Positions 48,141 through 64,000 of a stretch of DNA of 64,000 bases are shown piece after piece (within the stretch, counting starts at the first letter, position 1; each line of letters starts with the position of its first letter). The translations under genes and the position numbers were made by a program. This stretch comes from the human T2T-CHM13v2.0 reference genome, Homo sapiens. The DNA lies in assembly GCA_009914755.4 (NCBI GenBank), contig CP068257.2, forward strand, positions 37,664,001-37,728,000, read 5' to 3'. The notes below the pieces were generated by a model. It was not told the origin of the DNA and ran no database searches. It saw only the letters and a program-made list of their open reading frames with translations.

Positions 48141-48422
48141 TGGGCATATGGTATATGCCTGCAACCCCAGCATTTTGGGAGGCTGAGGCAGCAGGATCAT
48201 TTGAGGCCAAGAGTTTGAGGTCAGCCTAGGTAGCCTACCAAAACTCTGTTTCTACAAAAACATTTTAAAACTTAGCCGGGCATGGTAACATGCGCCTCTA
48301 ATCCCAGTCTCCTTGGGAGACTGAGGCAGGAGGATGACTTGAGGCTAGGAGTTCAAGGCTGCAGTGAGCTATGATCGCGCCACTGCACTCCGGCCTTTGC
48401 TACAGAGCAAGAGCCTGTCTCT
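48141..48422 (+). mobile_element. AluJ-like
   Basis: tgggcatatggtatatgcctgcaaccccagcattttgg…cggcctttgctacagagcaagagcctgtctc. Confidence 0.85.
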
Positions 48423-48423
48423 T

Positions 48424-48476
48424 AATAAATAAATAAATGAATGAATAAATAAATAAATAAATAAAATTAAATAAAG
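48424..48476. repeat. (AAAT)n / (AATG)n microsatellite derived from the Alu tail
   Basis: aataaataaataaatgaatgaataaataaataaataaataaaattaaataaa. Confidence 0.9.
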
Positions 48477-48647
48477 TGGGAGATATCTCGTGCTTTTCCT
48501 CAGTCAGAGATGACCTAGCCACCTCACCTTGCTCTAGGTAGGATTAATTGACAAGGCAACGGATCTTGTTTTTTATTATGGTTAAGTATACATAACATAG
48601 ACATTTACCATTTTAACAATTTCTAGTGTATGATTCAGTGGCATTAA

Positions 48648-49010
<363 letters not shown>

Positions 49011-49959
49011 TGATTTTTAAACCAAGATCGCTCCCTGGAATTTTACATACATAATATGCTCCACTTGTCACAACCTCTTGATTTATTTATAAGAAAGGCA
49101 TTCACAGTTCTTGTGGAATTCACTTGAGAATGAGAGTACAAGTTTTTATTTTCATGTTTTTTTTCCAAGGAGTCCCCAAAGCATTAAAGATATAGTGAAT
49201 GGAAAGGAGGTCTTGGGCCTAGGAAGCAGAAGTTGATGATGCCAATTTTATCAGTCCCCAATTGAGAGACATTTGACTATTTTCAATTTCCATCATTACA
49301 AACAATTCTGCCATTAACATCTTTGTCTGTGTCTCCTTGAACTCTTGTACTTCTTTAGGGTAAACACTGAAGAATGGCATTGCCAGGACATAGGAAATAC
49401 CACATTTAATTTAATAGGTACTGCCAAATTTCCCTGTCGATTCTGAAAACTTCTGGAATGCTTAGATCAAGATCTCAATGTCTCAGTCACTGTCTAGGGC
49501 CCAGAAGATCTAAAAACATGTTTGGATAGGTGTTCCTAAAATACGTCATTTAGGTTATGTCTCTCCCAGGCCTGCTCGAGTTACTGGTACACAGATCTTT
49601 AATTCACTCAACAAGTGTTTATTGAATGTCTATTATGTGCTAGGGCTGTTCCAAGCTCTGAGGATGAAGAAGTGGGAAGAGGAGACAAGTCCCTCCAATC
49701 TAGTCGGGAAGGTGTATTCTCACTGTTTCACCTCAGGCTGTTCTCAAGTGTGTCTGATCCATAATAGGAACACAGTGTTCATGCATTCATGCTGGTCTTG
49801 CTTGGAAAAAGATCATCTTTCTTGGTTTTTTGGCTATAACAAATAGTTTGTATTAATAGTAGCCAAATTTTTAACTTTCCATCAAAATATGCCATGTCCA
49901 ATTTTGTCCATAATTATGTTAACTCAGGAGCTCAAAATTGTGCCATATTTATCCAAGAG

Positions 49960-50664
<705 letters not shown>

Positions 50665-50676
50665 ACAGGTGCATCT

Positions 50677-50750
50677 TATCAAACAGGAAGCTTGAGATTT
50701 TACATTTTATCAAATGCAAATTTTACATCTGAAGGAAAAAAAATAGAACC
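50677..50750 (+). mobile_element. L1 3'UTR terminus, continuation of 49960-50370
   Basis: …tatcaaacaggaagcttgagattttacattttatcaaatgcaaattttacatctgaaggaaaaaaaa. Confidence 0.6.
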
Positions 50751-50848
50751 ATAAACAAATATCGAGCTTTAAATAATAATGTGTATGCTGAATTATTAGG
50801 GGGAAGTGTACTGATGCCTGCGATTTACTTTAAAATAAATGAAAAATA

Positions 50849-52247
<1,399 letters not shown>

Positions 52248-53104
52248 CCAGAGCTTTTTGTCGGTTAAAAAAAAGGGAATTTCTTGGAGGGATTTAGGAA
52301 AGAGTAAAGGAGAGAGAGTGAGCATATGACAGCAAGGGATTGCAACAGATTCTTGTCTAGTGGCCTCCATCTCCTTGAATGCCTCCCAATTCATCCTTTA
52401 CAACATTTTTTTGGCAACTTGAAGATCTTTTCCTAGAACCTTTAATCCAAAAGGAGTTGCTACTCAGCCGACAGTGAGATGTCCATATTCAAATGCAGAG
52501 GCCACATTGCGGTTTAATTACAAACTTTTTTTGTGACATACTGTTCCCCTTGCCTGCAAAGGCATGGATTGTCAAGAGTTGACTGAAAAATGTTTTTTAG
52601 AAACCTTGCAAATTATCAGCAGATTAGTGATGTAACAGAGTACCCCCATTTTTCTGATAAAGAACATGAGTTATTTTTAAAATGTTATTTTCTTTTCTCT
52701 TTCCTCCTTTTCCCCTGTTCCCCACTTCCTACTTATGTCTTTAGGAATGCAGTTATAACCTTGACCTTCCCTTCACCAGACACTCCCTACAGGGCGAGCT
52801 TATCTAACTGTGTGCTTACTTAGAAGCTCCAGAGCAGGAACTTTCTCCCACTGGGAGATTGCCTTGAGAGACAACAGTCAATTTACAACGTAACATGTGC
52901 CTGCAACAGAACCGTCTCCCACCTGGAGAGCATCTCGAGACAATGGCTACTTTACAACCTAGCTCTGCCCAATGGCGCCAGCTAGACCACCCGGTAGATA
53001 AGACACTGAAATGAGTCACGTAGTACCCGCACCTGCTTTCTCCCTTCCCTGCCTGCCATTCATGCCAAGTACCCCACATTTGTTTTGTTTTGTTTTGTTT
53101 TTAT

Positions 53105-53224
53105 TTGTTTTTTGAGATGAAGTCTCACTCTGTCGCCCAGGCTGGGGTGCAAAGGTGCGATCTTGGCTCACTACAGCCTCTGCCTCCCGGGTTCAAGCGA
53201 TTCTCCTGCCTCAGCCTCCCCGAG
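53105..53224 (-). mobile_element. Alu right-arm fragment only, preceded by (TTTTG)n at 53080-53104
   Basis: ttttttgagatgaagtctcactctgtcgcccaggctggggtgcaaaggtgcgatcttggctcactacagcctctgcctcccgggttcaagcgattctcctgcctcagcctccccgag. Confidence 0.85.
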
Positions 53225-53315
53225 CTTCTGGAGATGGATAGTGGTGATGGTTGTACAAAATGTAAATGTACTTAATGCCAATTAACTGCACACTTGAAAA
53301 TGGCTAAAATGGTAC

Positions 53316-53686
<371 letters not shown>

Positions 53687-53696
53687 TAGATATGGG

Positions 53697-53782
53697 GGGA
53701 TCTCACCATGTTGTTCAGGCTATTCTCAAACTCTTGGGCTCAAGCAATCCTCTCGCCTTGGCCTCCAAAAATATTGGGATTT
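53697..53782 (-). mobile_element. Alu left-monomer fragment
   Basis: ggatctcaccatgttgttcaggctattctcaaactcttgggctcaagcaatcctctcgccttggcctccaaaaatattgggattt. Confidence 0.7.
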
Positions 53783-53829
53783 ATATTTATATTTCTTTTG
53801 TGAATTATCTTTTCATATCATTTGCTAAT

Positions 53830-53897
53830 ATTTCTATTGGTTTTTTTCATATTGATGGTCATATTTCTATTGGATTTTTTCTTTTTCATATTGACGA
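53830..53897. repeat. Tandem duplication of about 30 bp: atttctattgg.tttttt..catattga.g x2
   Basis: Seen directly in the sequence. Confidence 0.85.
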
Positions 53898-53900
53898 TAG

Positions 53901-54240
<340 letters not shown>

Positions 54241-54322
54241 CTAGCCCTTTGTTATGTGTGTCACAAAAATTTTCTCCCAATCTAACATTTCTCAGGTATT
54301 TGTTTACATAAGATCATATCAA

Positions 54323-54475
54323 GCCAGGTGAGCACCATTAGTCCTAGCTACTGGGGATGAAAGAGGCTGAGGCTCCTTAAGCCCAGGAATTGGAGACTGT
54401 ATTGAGCTATATGATTGCCCCACTGTACTCCAGCCTGGGTGACAGAGTAAGACCCCATTCTCTAAAATAGAAACA
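54323..54475 (+). mobile_element. Old Alu right-arm fragment
   Basis: …gtcctagctactggggatgaaagaggctgaggc…gcccaggaattggagactgtattgagctatatgattgccccactgtactccagcctgggtgacagagtaagaccc. Confidence 0.75.
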
Positions 54476-54683
54476 AACCATATAAAAGTTTAAATTGTTA
54501 TGAGGTCAAATACTCCTACCTTTTCTTTATGGCTTCTGAATTTATTATCTGGCAGAGGAAAGAAGGCCTTCTTCAATTCATAATCATAAAACTATTCTCC
54601 TATACTTTCCTCTGGTGCTTTTAGAGTTTTTCTACATTTGGATTGTTAAATCTGTCTGGAATTTATTTCTATGTGTGGTGTGA

Positions 54684-55622
<939 letters not shown>

Positions 55623-55623
55623 A

Positions 55624-55920
<297 letters not shown>

Positions 55921-55943
55921 ATAAAAATAAAAATAAATATTAA

Positions 55944-56344
<401 letters not shown>

Positions 56345-57426
56345 AAAAACGCTCATTTTTGATACCAACCAAGAACCACAATGAGACCTGAAAATGTGCG
56401 AGAGCAGCGCACCCGTCCACCAAAGCACCTAGGCTCTGCCCATCCCGGTATCTAGGAGACTGCTTTATTCATATTAGCTCAATTAAGTTCGTTGAATTTA
56501 ATATTTCATTCATATTGTCTTTAAAAATAGATGAAATAAGGAGAACTGAAGCAGAAAGTGAGAAATCATGTGATGACCTTTAAGACTGTCTTAAATATAT
56601 TTCTTTTGAAAATCTAAATGGGCACTGGTGGAAATGACAATCTTGCACGTTTTAATATGCAACCACATCCTTACATAAAAACAGCCAAGCATGCAAGACT
56701 CCCAATCTTTCTTCTCTATGAATCATGCATAACAGATTAGTGTATTTTAAAATTCTCATACATAACTTCAATGTATTATTAGTATTTGTACATTTTTTAA
56801 ATTAGAATTTTCTAAGGAGTAACAACATTAAGTGCTTTTCAGAGATAACATTTGTAGTATAAAATTATATATAACTTTTTAATATAATTTGCAGTTATGG
56901 ATTAAATCTAAAACACAAAAGTAATCTTTCTTTACACTTAAGGATGTAAGGAAACACTGAGGGACTTAACAAAAGCCACTCTCTAACAAGACAGCACAGC
57001 CAGATTTTATGAGTACGAGTTACCCATTATAATGCTCAGCTTAAGGTTAAATTAAGTGTAGTTTCAAAGGCTTTCCTCAACACTATATATTGCTGTGAGG
57101 TGGTGGGAGGCGGGCAGGAATCTGCCAGGAATCTAGTAATTGTAGGTTCTGAAAATCACTCAAGAAAGAAAGCAGACGTTTATGGTGCACTAACTGCCAG
57201 GCCCCGCATCATCCACTCTGACCCTCTGGGTAAAGTATTATCGTCTCTTCAGTTAAGCCCATTACCTATATCCTTAGCCCCTTCTGTTGTCAGGTTACCT
57301 TCATTTGCAACCGAGAGGTGGTGGAATGGAGCTACAGATGATGGTCCCTTGCCCTGATGCCGATCCGCGTTCACCCCAGCGAGTGTCTCGTATCTTCGTG
57401 CCGTTTCTCTTCAATTCCATCACTAA

Positions 57427-57853
<427 letters not shown>

Positions 57854-57894
57854 CTAATACGTAATTCTAAAGTGGAACTAGCCATGATGGAGAT

Positions 57895-57946
<52 letters not shown>

Positions 57947-57952
57947 TAATTT
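57895..57952. repeat. (TA)n microsatellite, about 28 units, wedged between two Alus
   Basis: atatatatat…atataatatatataa. Confidence 0.95.
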
Positions 57953-58242
57953 TTTTTTTCCCCTGAGACGGGGTCTAACTCTGTCGCCCATGCTGGAGTG
58001 CAGTGGTGCGGTTCAGTGCAACCTCTGCCTCCCAAGTTCCAGTGATTCTCCTGCCTCAGCCTCCGGAGTAGCTGGGATTACAGGCACCCGCCACCAGGCC
58101 CGGCTAATTTTTTTGTATTTTTAGTAGAGACAGGGTTTCACCATGTTGGCCAGGCTGGTTTCCAACTCCTGAGCCCAAGTGATCCACTTGCCTTGGCCTC
58201 CCAAAGTGCTAGGATTACAGGCATGAGCCACTGTGCCCTGCC
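57950..58242 (-). mobile_element. Alu, full length
   Basis: T10 cccctgagacggggtctaactctgtcgcccatgctgg…gccactgtgccctgcc. Confidence 0.9.
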
Positions 58243-58520
58243 GATTTTTTTTTTCTTAATAGCAGCTTCTTTTAAAATTGAATTTGTATCCAATCCTGAG
58301 AAAATGTCCAATACTACAAAGGTAAATGAGCTTTTACTCCTAAATATTTGTTCTTATGCATTTTGTTCCTTTTCAGTTTTGTATTTGTAGATATTATTTT
58401 AAAAATATCCACTCTTATTTGCTTCCAAAAACGTTGATGGCTACTGGGACTGGTTGCCTGGTACAGGGGCTTCGGTATACTGTACTGTTGGCATGAGCAG
58501 TATTATCCCAAATAGAGTAA

Positions 58521-58814
58521 TTTTTTTTTTTCTGACAGTCTCGCTCTGTCGCCCAAGCTGGAGTGCAATGGCGCTATCTCGGCTCACCGCAACCTCCGCC
58601 TCCTGGGTTCACGCCATTCTCCTGCCTCAGCCTCCCAAGGAGCTGGGACGGCAGGCGCCCACCAGCACGCCCGGCTAATTTCTTTTTGTATTTTTAGTAG
58701 AGACGGGGGTTTCACCGTGTTAGCCAGGATGGTCTCAATCTCCTAACCTCGTGATCCGCCCGCCTCGGCCTCCCAAAGTGCTGGGATTACAGGCGTGAGC
58801 CACTGCGCCCAGCC
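58521..58814 (-). mobile_element. AluY-like, full length
   Basis: T12 ctgacagtctcgctctgtcgcccaagctgg…gccactgcgcccagcc. Confidence 0.92.
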
Positions 58815-58973
58815 CTTAATAATTATAAAAAAAAGTGTAATGGCCAAATTATGGTTTTGCCACACGATGAACTATTAAGCAAGTATTAAAACATTTTACA
58901 GTTAAGGAAAAACCCAAACATATGAAGAAAATTCACCCTAAAATAATTGCTTTTAGCTTCTGGGATTAAATGG

Positions 58974-59271
58974 TTTTTTTGTTTGTTTTTTGAGGCAGAG
59001 TCTTGCTCTTTCGCCCAGGCTGGAGTGCAGTGGCAGATCTTGGGTCACTGCAACCTCTGCCTCCTGGGTTCAAGTGATTCTCCAGTTTCAGCCTCCCAAG
59101 TAGCTGATACTACAGGCGCCCACCACAGACTAATTTTTGTATTTTAGTAGAGACGGGGTTTTGCCTTGTCGGCTTGGCTGGTCTCAAACTCCTGACCTCA
59201 AGCTCAAGTGATCTGCCCACCTTGGCCTCCCAAAATGCTGGGATTTCAGGCATGAGGCACCATGCAGGGCC
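58974..59271 (-). mobile_element. Alu. TSD taaatggttt.
   Basis: tttttttgtttgttttttgaggcagagtcttgctctttcgcccaggctgg…catgcagggcc. Confidence 0.88.
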
Positions 59272-60265
59272 CCTAAATGGTTTCTTACTTTATACTCTTT
59301 GAGGTTTTAAAAAATGTAATCCTAGCTTTCACGATCTTGAAATAAAAACAATTGTTACCAATTGATGAGCTGCTTCCCATCATCTTTTTAAACCTAATGT
59401 TTAGAAATTCTCAATTCTAATTCTCAAAATTACTTGGTGTTTCAACCAAGTATTTCTATTGCAAACTCATGGAACAAATGGAGATTGTGATAAGCAGATA
59501 CATCTTTAGGTCTATCTGTGTGGGTTAGCAGAGATTAGTTTTTAGTTTGACAATTCTTGTTTTAATGCGAAAAAGTCTAAATGTCTGACAAATTATATAT
59601 TCTTGAAATAAAATACTACACAGTGCTTACAAACGCTGTGTAAGTGTATTCACTGAAATGGGAGAAAGGTCACAGTATGATAAAGACTACAAAATAGGAT
59701 GTACAAGCATAGAATAGGATCTGAGAAAAATGCATCTTTAAATAGCTACTTAAATAGCTGTTTAAGTGAATTATGGGTGATTTTAGCTTGCCTGCAGTTC
59801 CTGAGTTTTTTTTCCAATGTGTATTAATTTCTCCCCTATGATGACACACATATTTCTCATCCCTGCATCTGTCCATCTCCCCAACCTCATCCCTAACCCC
59901 ACAAGACTTTTATACACATTTCCCAAACTGCTACAACAGAACAGAACTTCCCCCTGGGGCCTCCATGATTACCATGAATCCAAGTACTAAGTACCAAGAT
60001 CTGTGCCTTAAATCCTGATTAACCCACATTTGACGCACGTCAAGCTCAATCTCTGAGAAGTCAAGAGAATGCAGGGTTCTTGTTCACTAGTTTTTCTAAT
60101 CAACAAATTGCTGTCTGATAAGAAGTTCTCTTCCTTATACTTTTAGATGTCTGATATTGGTACAGCCAGTCAACCATTCTCATCACTCAAAAGTACTGTC
60201 GACTCTGTTTAAACGGCAAGATATTAACTTTCTGTACTGATCCCAGAAAACATGCCTCAAAGTGG

Positions 60266-60533
60266 CTTTTGAGACAAGATCTTTGTACCCCAGGCTGCAG
60301 TGCCATGACACAATCATAGCTCACTGCAGCCTTGAAATCCTGGGCTTGTGATCCTCCTTCTTCAGCCTCCTGAGTAGCTGGGACTACAGATATGCACCAC
60401 TATGCTTGGCTAATTTTTAAAATTTTTTGTAGAGACTGGGTCTCGCTGTTGCTCAGGCTGATTCTGAACTCAGGCTCAAGCAATCCTCCTACCTTGGCCT
60501 CCCACAGCACTGGTGTGACTGCCACATCCAGCC
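60266..60533 (-). mobile_element. AluJ-like, old
   Basis: ttttgagacaagatctttgtaccccaggctgcagtgccatgacacaatcatagctcactgcagcc…ctgccacatccagcc. Confidence 0.8.
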
Positions 60534-60610
60534 CCCAAGGTGGCTTAGTTAAAAAAAATTTTTTTTTTCCTTTGACAGTTGAAGTCAGTTTATCATAAAA
60601 ATATGTGTCC

Positions 60611-60910
60611 TGGCCAAGGCGTGGTGGCTCACGCCGGTAATCCCAGCACTTTGGGAGGCCGAGGCGGGCGGATCATGAGGTCAGGAGTTCGAGACCAGCC
60701 TGGCCAACATGGTGAAACCCAGTGTCTAATAAAAATACAAAAAAATTAGCCGGGTGTGGTGGCTCACGCCTGTAATCTTAGCTATTCAGGAGGCTGAGGC
60801 AAGAGAATTGCTTGAACCTAGGCGGCAAAGGTTGCAGTTAGCTGAGATCGCACCACTGCACTCCAGCCTGGGCGACAGAGTGAGACTCCGTCTCAGAAAC
60901 AACAACAAAA
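60611..60910 (+). mobile_element. AluY-like, CpG-rich
   Basis: tggccaaggcgtggtggctcacgccggtaatcccagcactttgggaggccgaggcgggcggatcatgagg…ctcagaaacaacaacaaaag. Confidence 0.92.
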
Positions 60911-61826
60911 GGTGTTCCTTCCTGTGGGTAGGATTTAAAAGAAAAAAAAAAAGGAAAATGGGCAGCCTTAGGGCTAGCAAACACCCAAGTAATCGGTCAG
61001 ATTTAACAAGGCAAGGCTCGCTCCAAAAAAACTGTAGAAAAGCCTAACGGAGTAGTTCAAGGCAGGATCTTAAAGTACTTCTGTTATGCTTTTCTACAAT
61101 GTTTTTGGTATTCTATAAGCCAAAACCCTTTACCTGTTTTAATTTGTAAGAAAAACTAGTGATTTCTTTAAATATATCATTACAACGAGTATTCAACGAT
61201 TAAGAAAATCTGTGATTTGAAAACATCTATTACCACCGTCCGGGGTGGGAAGGTTGGGGATGACAACTAACTAAACACTGGCAGATGGTTCTATGGTTAA
61301 AAGGCTTATCAAAAACTCATCTATTCTACCTATACTTCAGAGTTAAAGGCAAATCTGTTCATCACCGTTTCAGGCCTCCATCGTGTAATGACCAACAGCG
61401 CTCAGGTGGCTCCTAGTCCTTCCCCATCCCCCAAGGGTTATCAAAGCTTCTTTGCCGTCAGTTCATGACACATCACTATCCTCTGCATTTGCTTTTACTG
61501 TATCCTCACTATTCCCTATAAACTCTGCTCTGGCAGTCCGTGCAGAGATCTATGATCCCATAGGGCTTGTTTTTAAAGGATTCTTGCCTACTGATCAGCC
61601 CACAGGCAAAACAACACACCAAGTGTACAGAGGTTTAAATTCTGTTCCAAGGATCCCTATTTAGTGATAACCTCAACAAGGTCTGTTCTCCGGCCGTTTT
61701 CACTGTTGCCAAGTCAAGAGTTGCCCCACACCACCTCTGAAGACTATACTTAAGAGGGCAAAATGACAACAGAATGTATATGAAAGCAAATCTGGAAAAT
61801 ACATACCATACTAGATTTAGTTGTAG

Positions 61827-62107
<281 letters not shown>

Positions 62108-62541
62108 CTATCTGTACTTTTTTTAACCTCATACGAAGAGTTAAGAATTACGTATTTGCTTTGATTCAAAGGATATTGGATTGTTTTTCCCTTAAACCAA
62201 TATAGTCAAGCAACTTCAAAGGACATAGATACTCAAGCAGTTATGTCTCAGGTATCAACCAACAATGAACCACATAATGGTCCCATATTATATACTGTAC
62301 CTTCTCTTTAGATACACAAGTACTTACCATTCTATTACAACTCCCTATAGTATTTACATAATAACATGCTGTACAGGTCTGTTGCCTAGGAGCAATAGGT
62401 TAAACCATACAGCCTACATAGGTAATAGGCTATGCCACTGAGGTTTGTGTAAGCACTCTGTATGATGTTCACGCAAGAAAACTGCCTAACAATGTGTTTC
62501 TTAGACTGTATCCAGTCAGTGGTGACCCATGACTGTATTAA

Positions 62542-62826
<285 letters not shown>

Positions 62827-62869
62827 TAAATAAAATTTAAACCAGAATTTAATCCATGTGCTTCAAAAT

Positions 62870-63669
62870 ATTTTCATAACTGAGATTTTATTGGTTGAGG
62901 ATCAGTACAGACATTTCAATTTGTACACAAATCTTAACATACGTAACGAAATTCTAAAAAGCCATGTATTGTAATTCTTTTTTAAAGTTATTCCAGTGAC
63001 TTTCCAGCTTAAAATTTGGAAGCAAATTTTCCTTAAGAGGCTATCAAGTACCAGTATCTTCACGTTGGTCAGCTGTTACATACGGCCCACCAGTTCACAA
63101 CTCAATAGCACGTACACTACATGTTCAAATCTGTAATCTTTCACAGCACAGTAACAAAGTTATTAGGAAAACAGGACTACCACAACCAAAGATGTTACAG
63201 AGTGCACACAATTCTGGCAGAGAGAGCCATGATCAAAGAGTGGTTTTCTTTAGGAAACAATTCTACTAAAAAACAACATGGTAATAGAAGTAATTTAAAA
63301 TGTTCAAGACATTAAATGCAGGACTGACTCCATATTGCCATTTAATATGCTTTGTATTATAGGATATAAAAACTAACCCCCCATCTGTGGAATGTTAAGC
63401 TGACACCCGAGACAGTCAGAGCCTCCCATAATTCAATATCCCACACTATTTTCTGGTTGTACCAAAAAATAAACAACCAGCAAATGATTTCACCTCTTAA
63501 AAAAAAGCATTTACACTTAAAAAATGGGATGAGGTGGGATTCCCTCCTTCTTAAAAATGTTTCTAGAGCTACTAAAAAACTTGCATTTACAAAATAGTTG
63601 ATAAAAATATTCCTCTGGATTGTACAAGAAGGGAGACAGGGACCACTGATAAGACATGGTATATGGTTA
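62870..63669 (-). other. HMGN1: HMGN1 3'UTR, about 0.8 kb. AATAAA lies on the minus strand at 62892-62887; the predicted cleavage site is near 62865-62875.
   Basis: Sequence after the stop codon (TAATAACCATATACCATGTCTTATCAGTGG…) matches the remembered HMGN1 mRNA 3'UTR. The only tttatt (AATAAA on minus) at a suitable distance is 62887-62892. Confidence 0.55.
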
Positions 63670-63717
63670 TTAATCAGACTTGGCTTCTTTCTCTCCTGCT
63701 TCATCAGAGGCTGGACT
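63670..63717 (-). CDS. HMGN1: HMGN1 terminal coding exon …SPASDEAGEKEAKSD*. Stop TAA at 63672-63670. Preceded by acceptor cctttcttttgcAG.
   Basis: Reverse complement reads AGT CCA GCC TCT GAT GAA GCA GGA GAG AAA GAA GCC AAG TCT GAT TAA, the HMG-14 C-terminus. A polypyrimidine tract plus AG lies upstream, so this is the intron-containing gene and not a processed copy. Confidence 0.8.
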   Translation of the reverse strand, partial: SPASDEAGEKEAKSD

Positions 63718-64000
63718 CTGCAAAAGAAAGGAAATTGAGATCTTTAGCATTTAACACGTTGTCATTTTATTTATATGCAACTATCAGGTCTTTAAAAAAG
63801 TCAATAGCCTTTGTTATTTGTAAAGTCACCTACCTACTCTTGTTAAAAAACTTTTGTTAACCACCCCCTCACCCCAAATCAATACTTGCAGCCCTTCCAT
63901 GGTCATGTGCATGCATCTACAGAGCAGGAAAAAATGTTGAGTTGTATCACATGTACACTCCAAGCTGAGGTCACTCTGTCTTCTTGTTTCAGCTCTAATG

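Noticed and set aside
63663-63720. Possibility that the HMGN1-like segment is one of the many HMGN1 processed pseudogenes
   Set aside because: The coding match is preceded by a polypyrimidine tract plus AG (cctttcttttgcAG) and by non-coding intron-like sequence, not by contiguous upstream CDS. It is followed by the full 3'UTR. Position and orientation relative to BRWD1 also fit the functional locus.

Overview
This window is primate, almost certainly human, genomic DNA. It is not microbial, so prokaryotic feature classes (operons, CRISPR, defence islands) do not apply, and I found no evidence of any novel system.

The content is consistent with chr21q22.2 in reference orientation. (1) The 5' third of BRWD1 lies on the minus strand. 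I located nine coding exons by translation (MAEPSSARRPVPLIES / [20 protein letters not shown] / VLVQELEQYQ / [20 protein letters not shown] / [50 protein letters not shown] / [32 protein letters not shown] / [53 protein letters not shown] / [74 protein letters not shown] / [33 protein letters not shown]). All have canonical GT..AG boundaries and consistent phases. (2) A ~2 kb CpG island (about 32930-34960) contains exons 1-4 and the promoter. It carries a (GCC)7 tract, a perfect 15-bp direct repeat and a long G-tract. (3) A ~29 kb intergenic spacer follows. (4) The terminal coding exon (…SPASDEAGEKEAKSD*) and ~0.8 kb 3'UTR of HMGN1 sit on the minus strand at 62870-63717.

About one third of the window is Alu: ~80 Alu or free-left-Alu-monomer (FLAM) segments, many young with intact target-site duplications (TSDs). 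There are also L1 3'-end fragments, an ancient L1 ORF2 relic, MIRs, a Tigger-family DNA transposon with TA TSDs, and several microsatellites and tandem duplications.

Alu and repeat coordinates are approximate (within ~10 bp). Repeat-family names and the gene identities come from memory of consensus and protein sequences, not from a database search.
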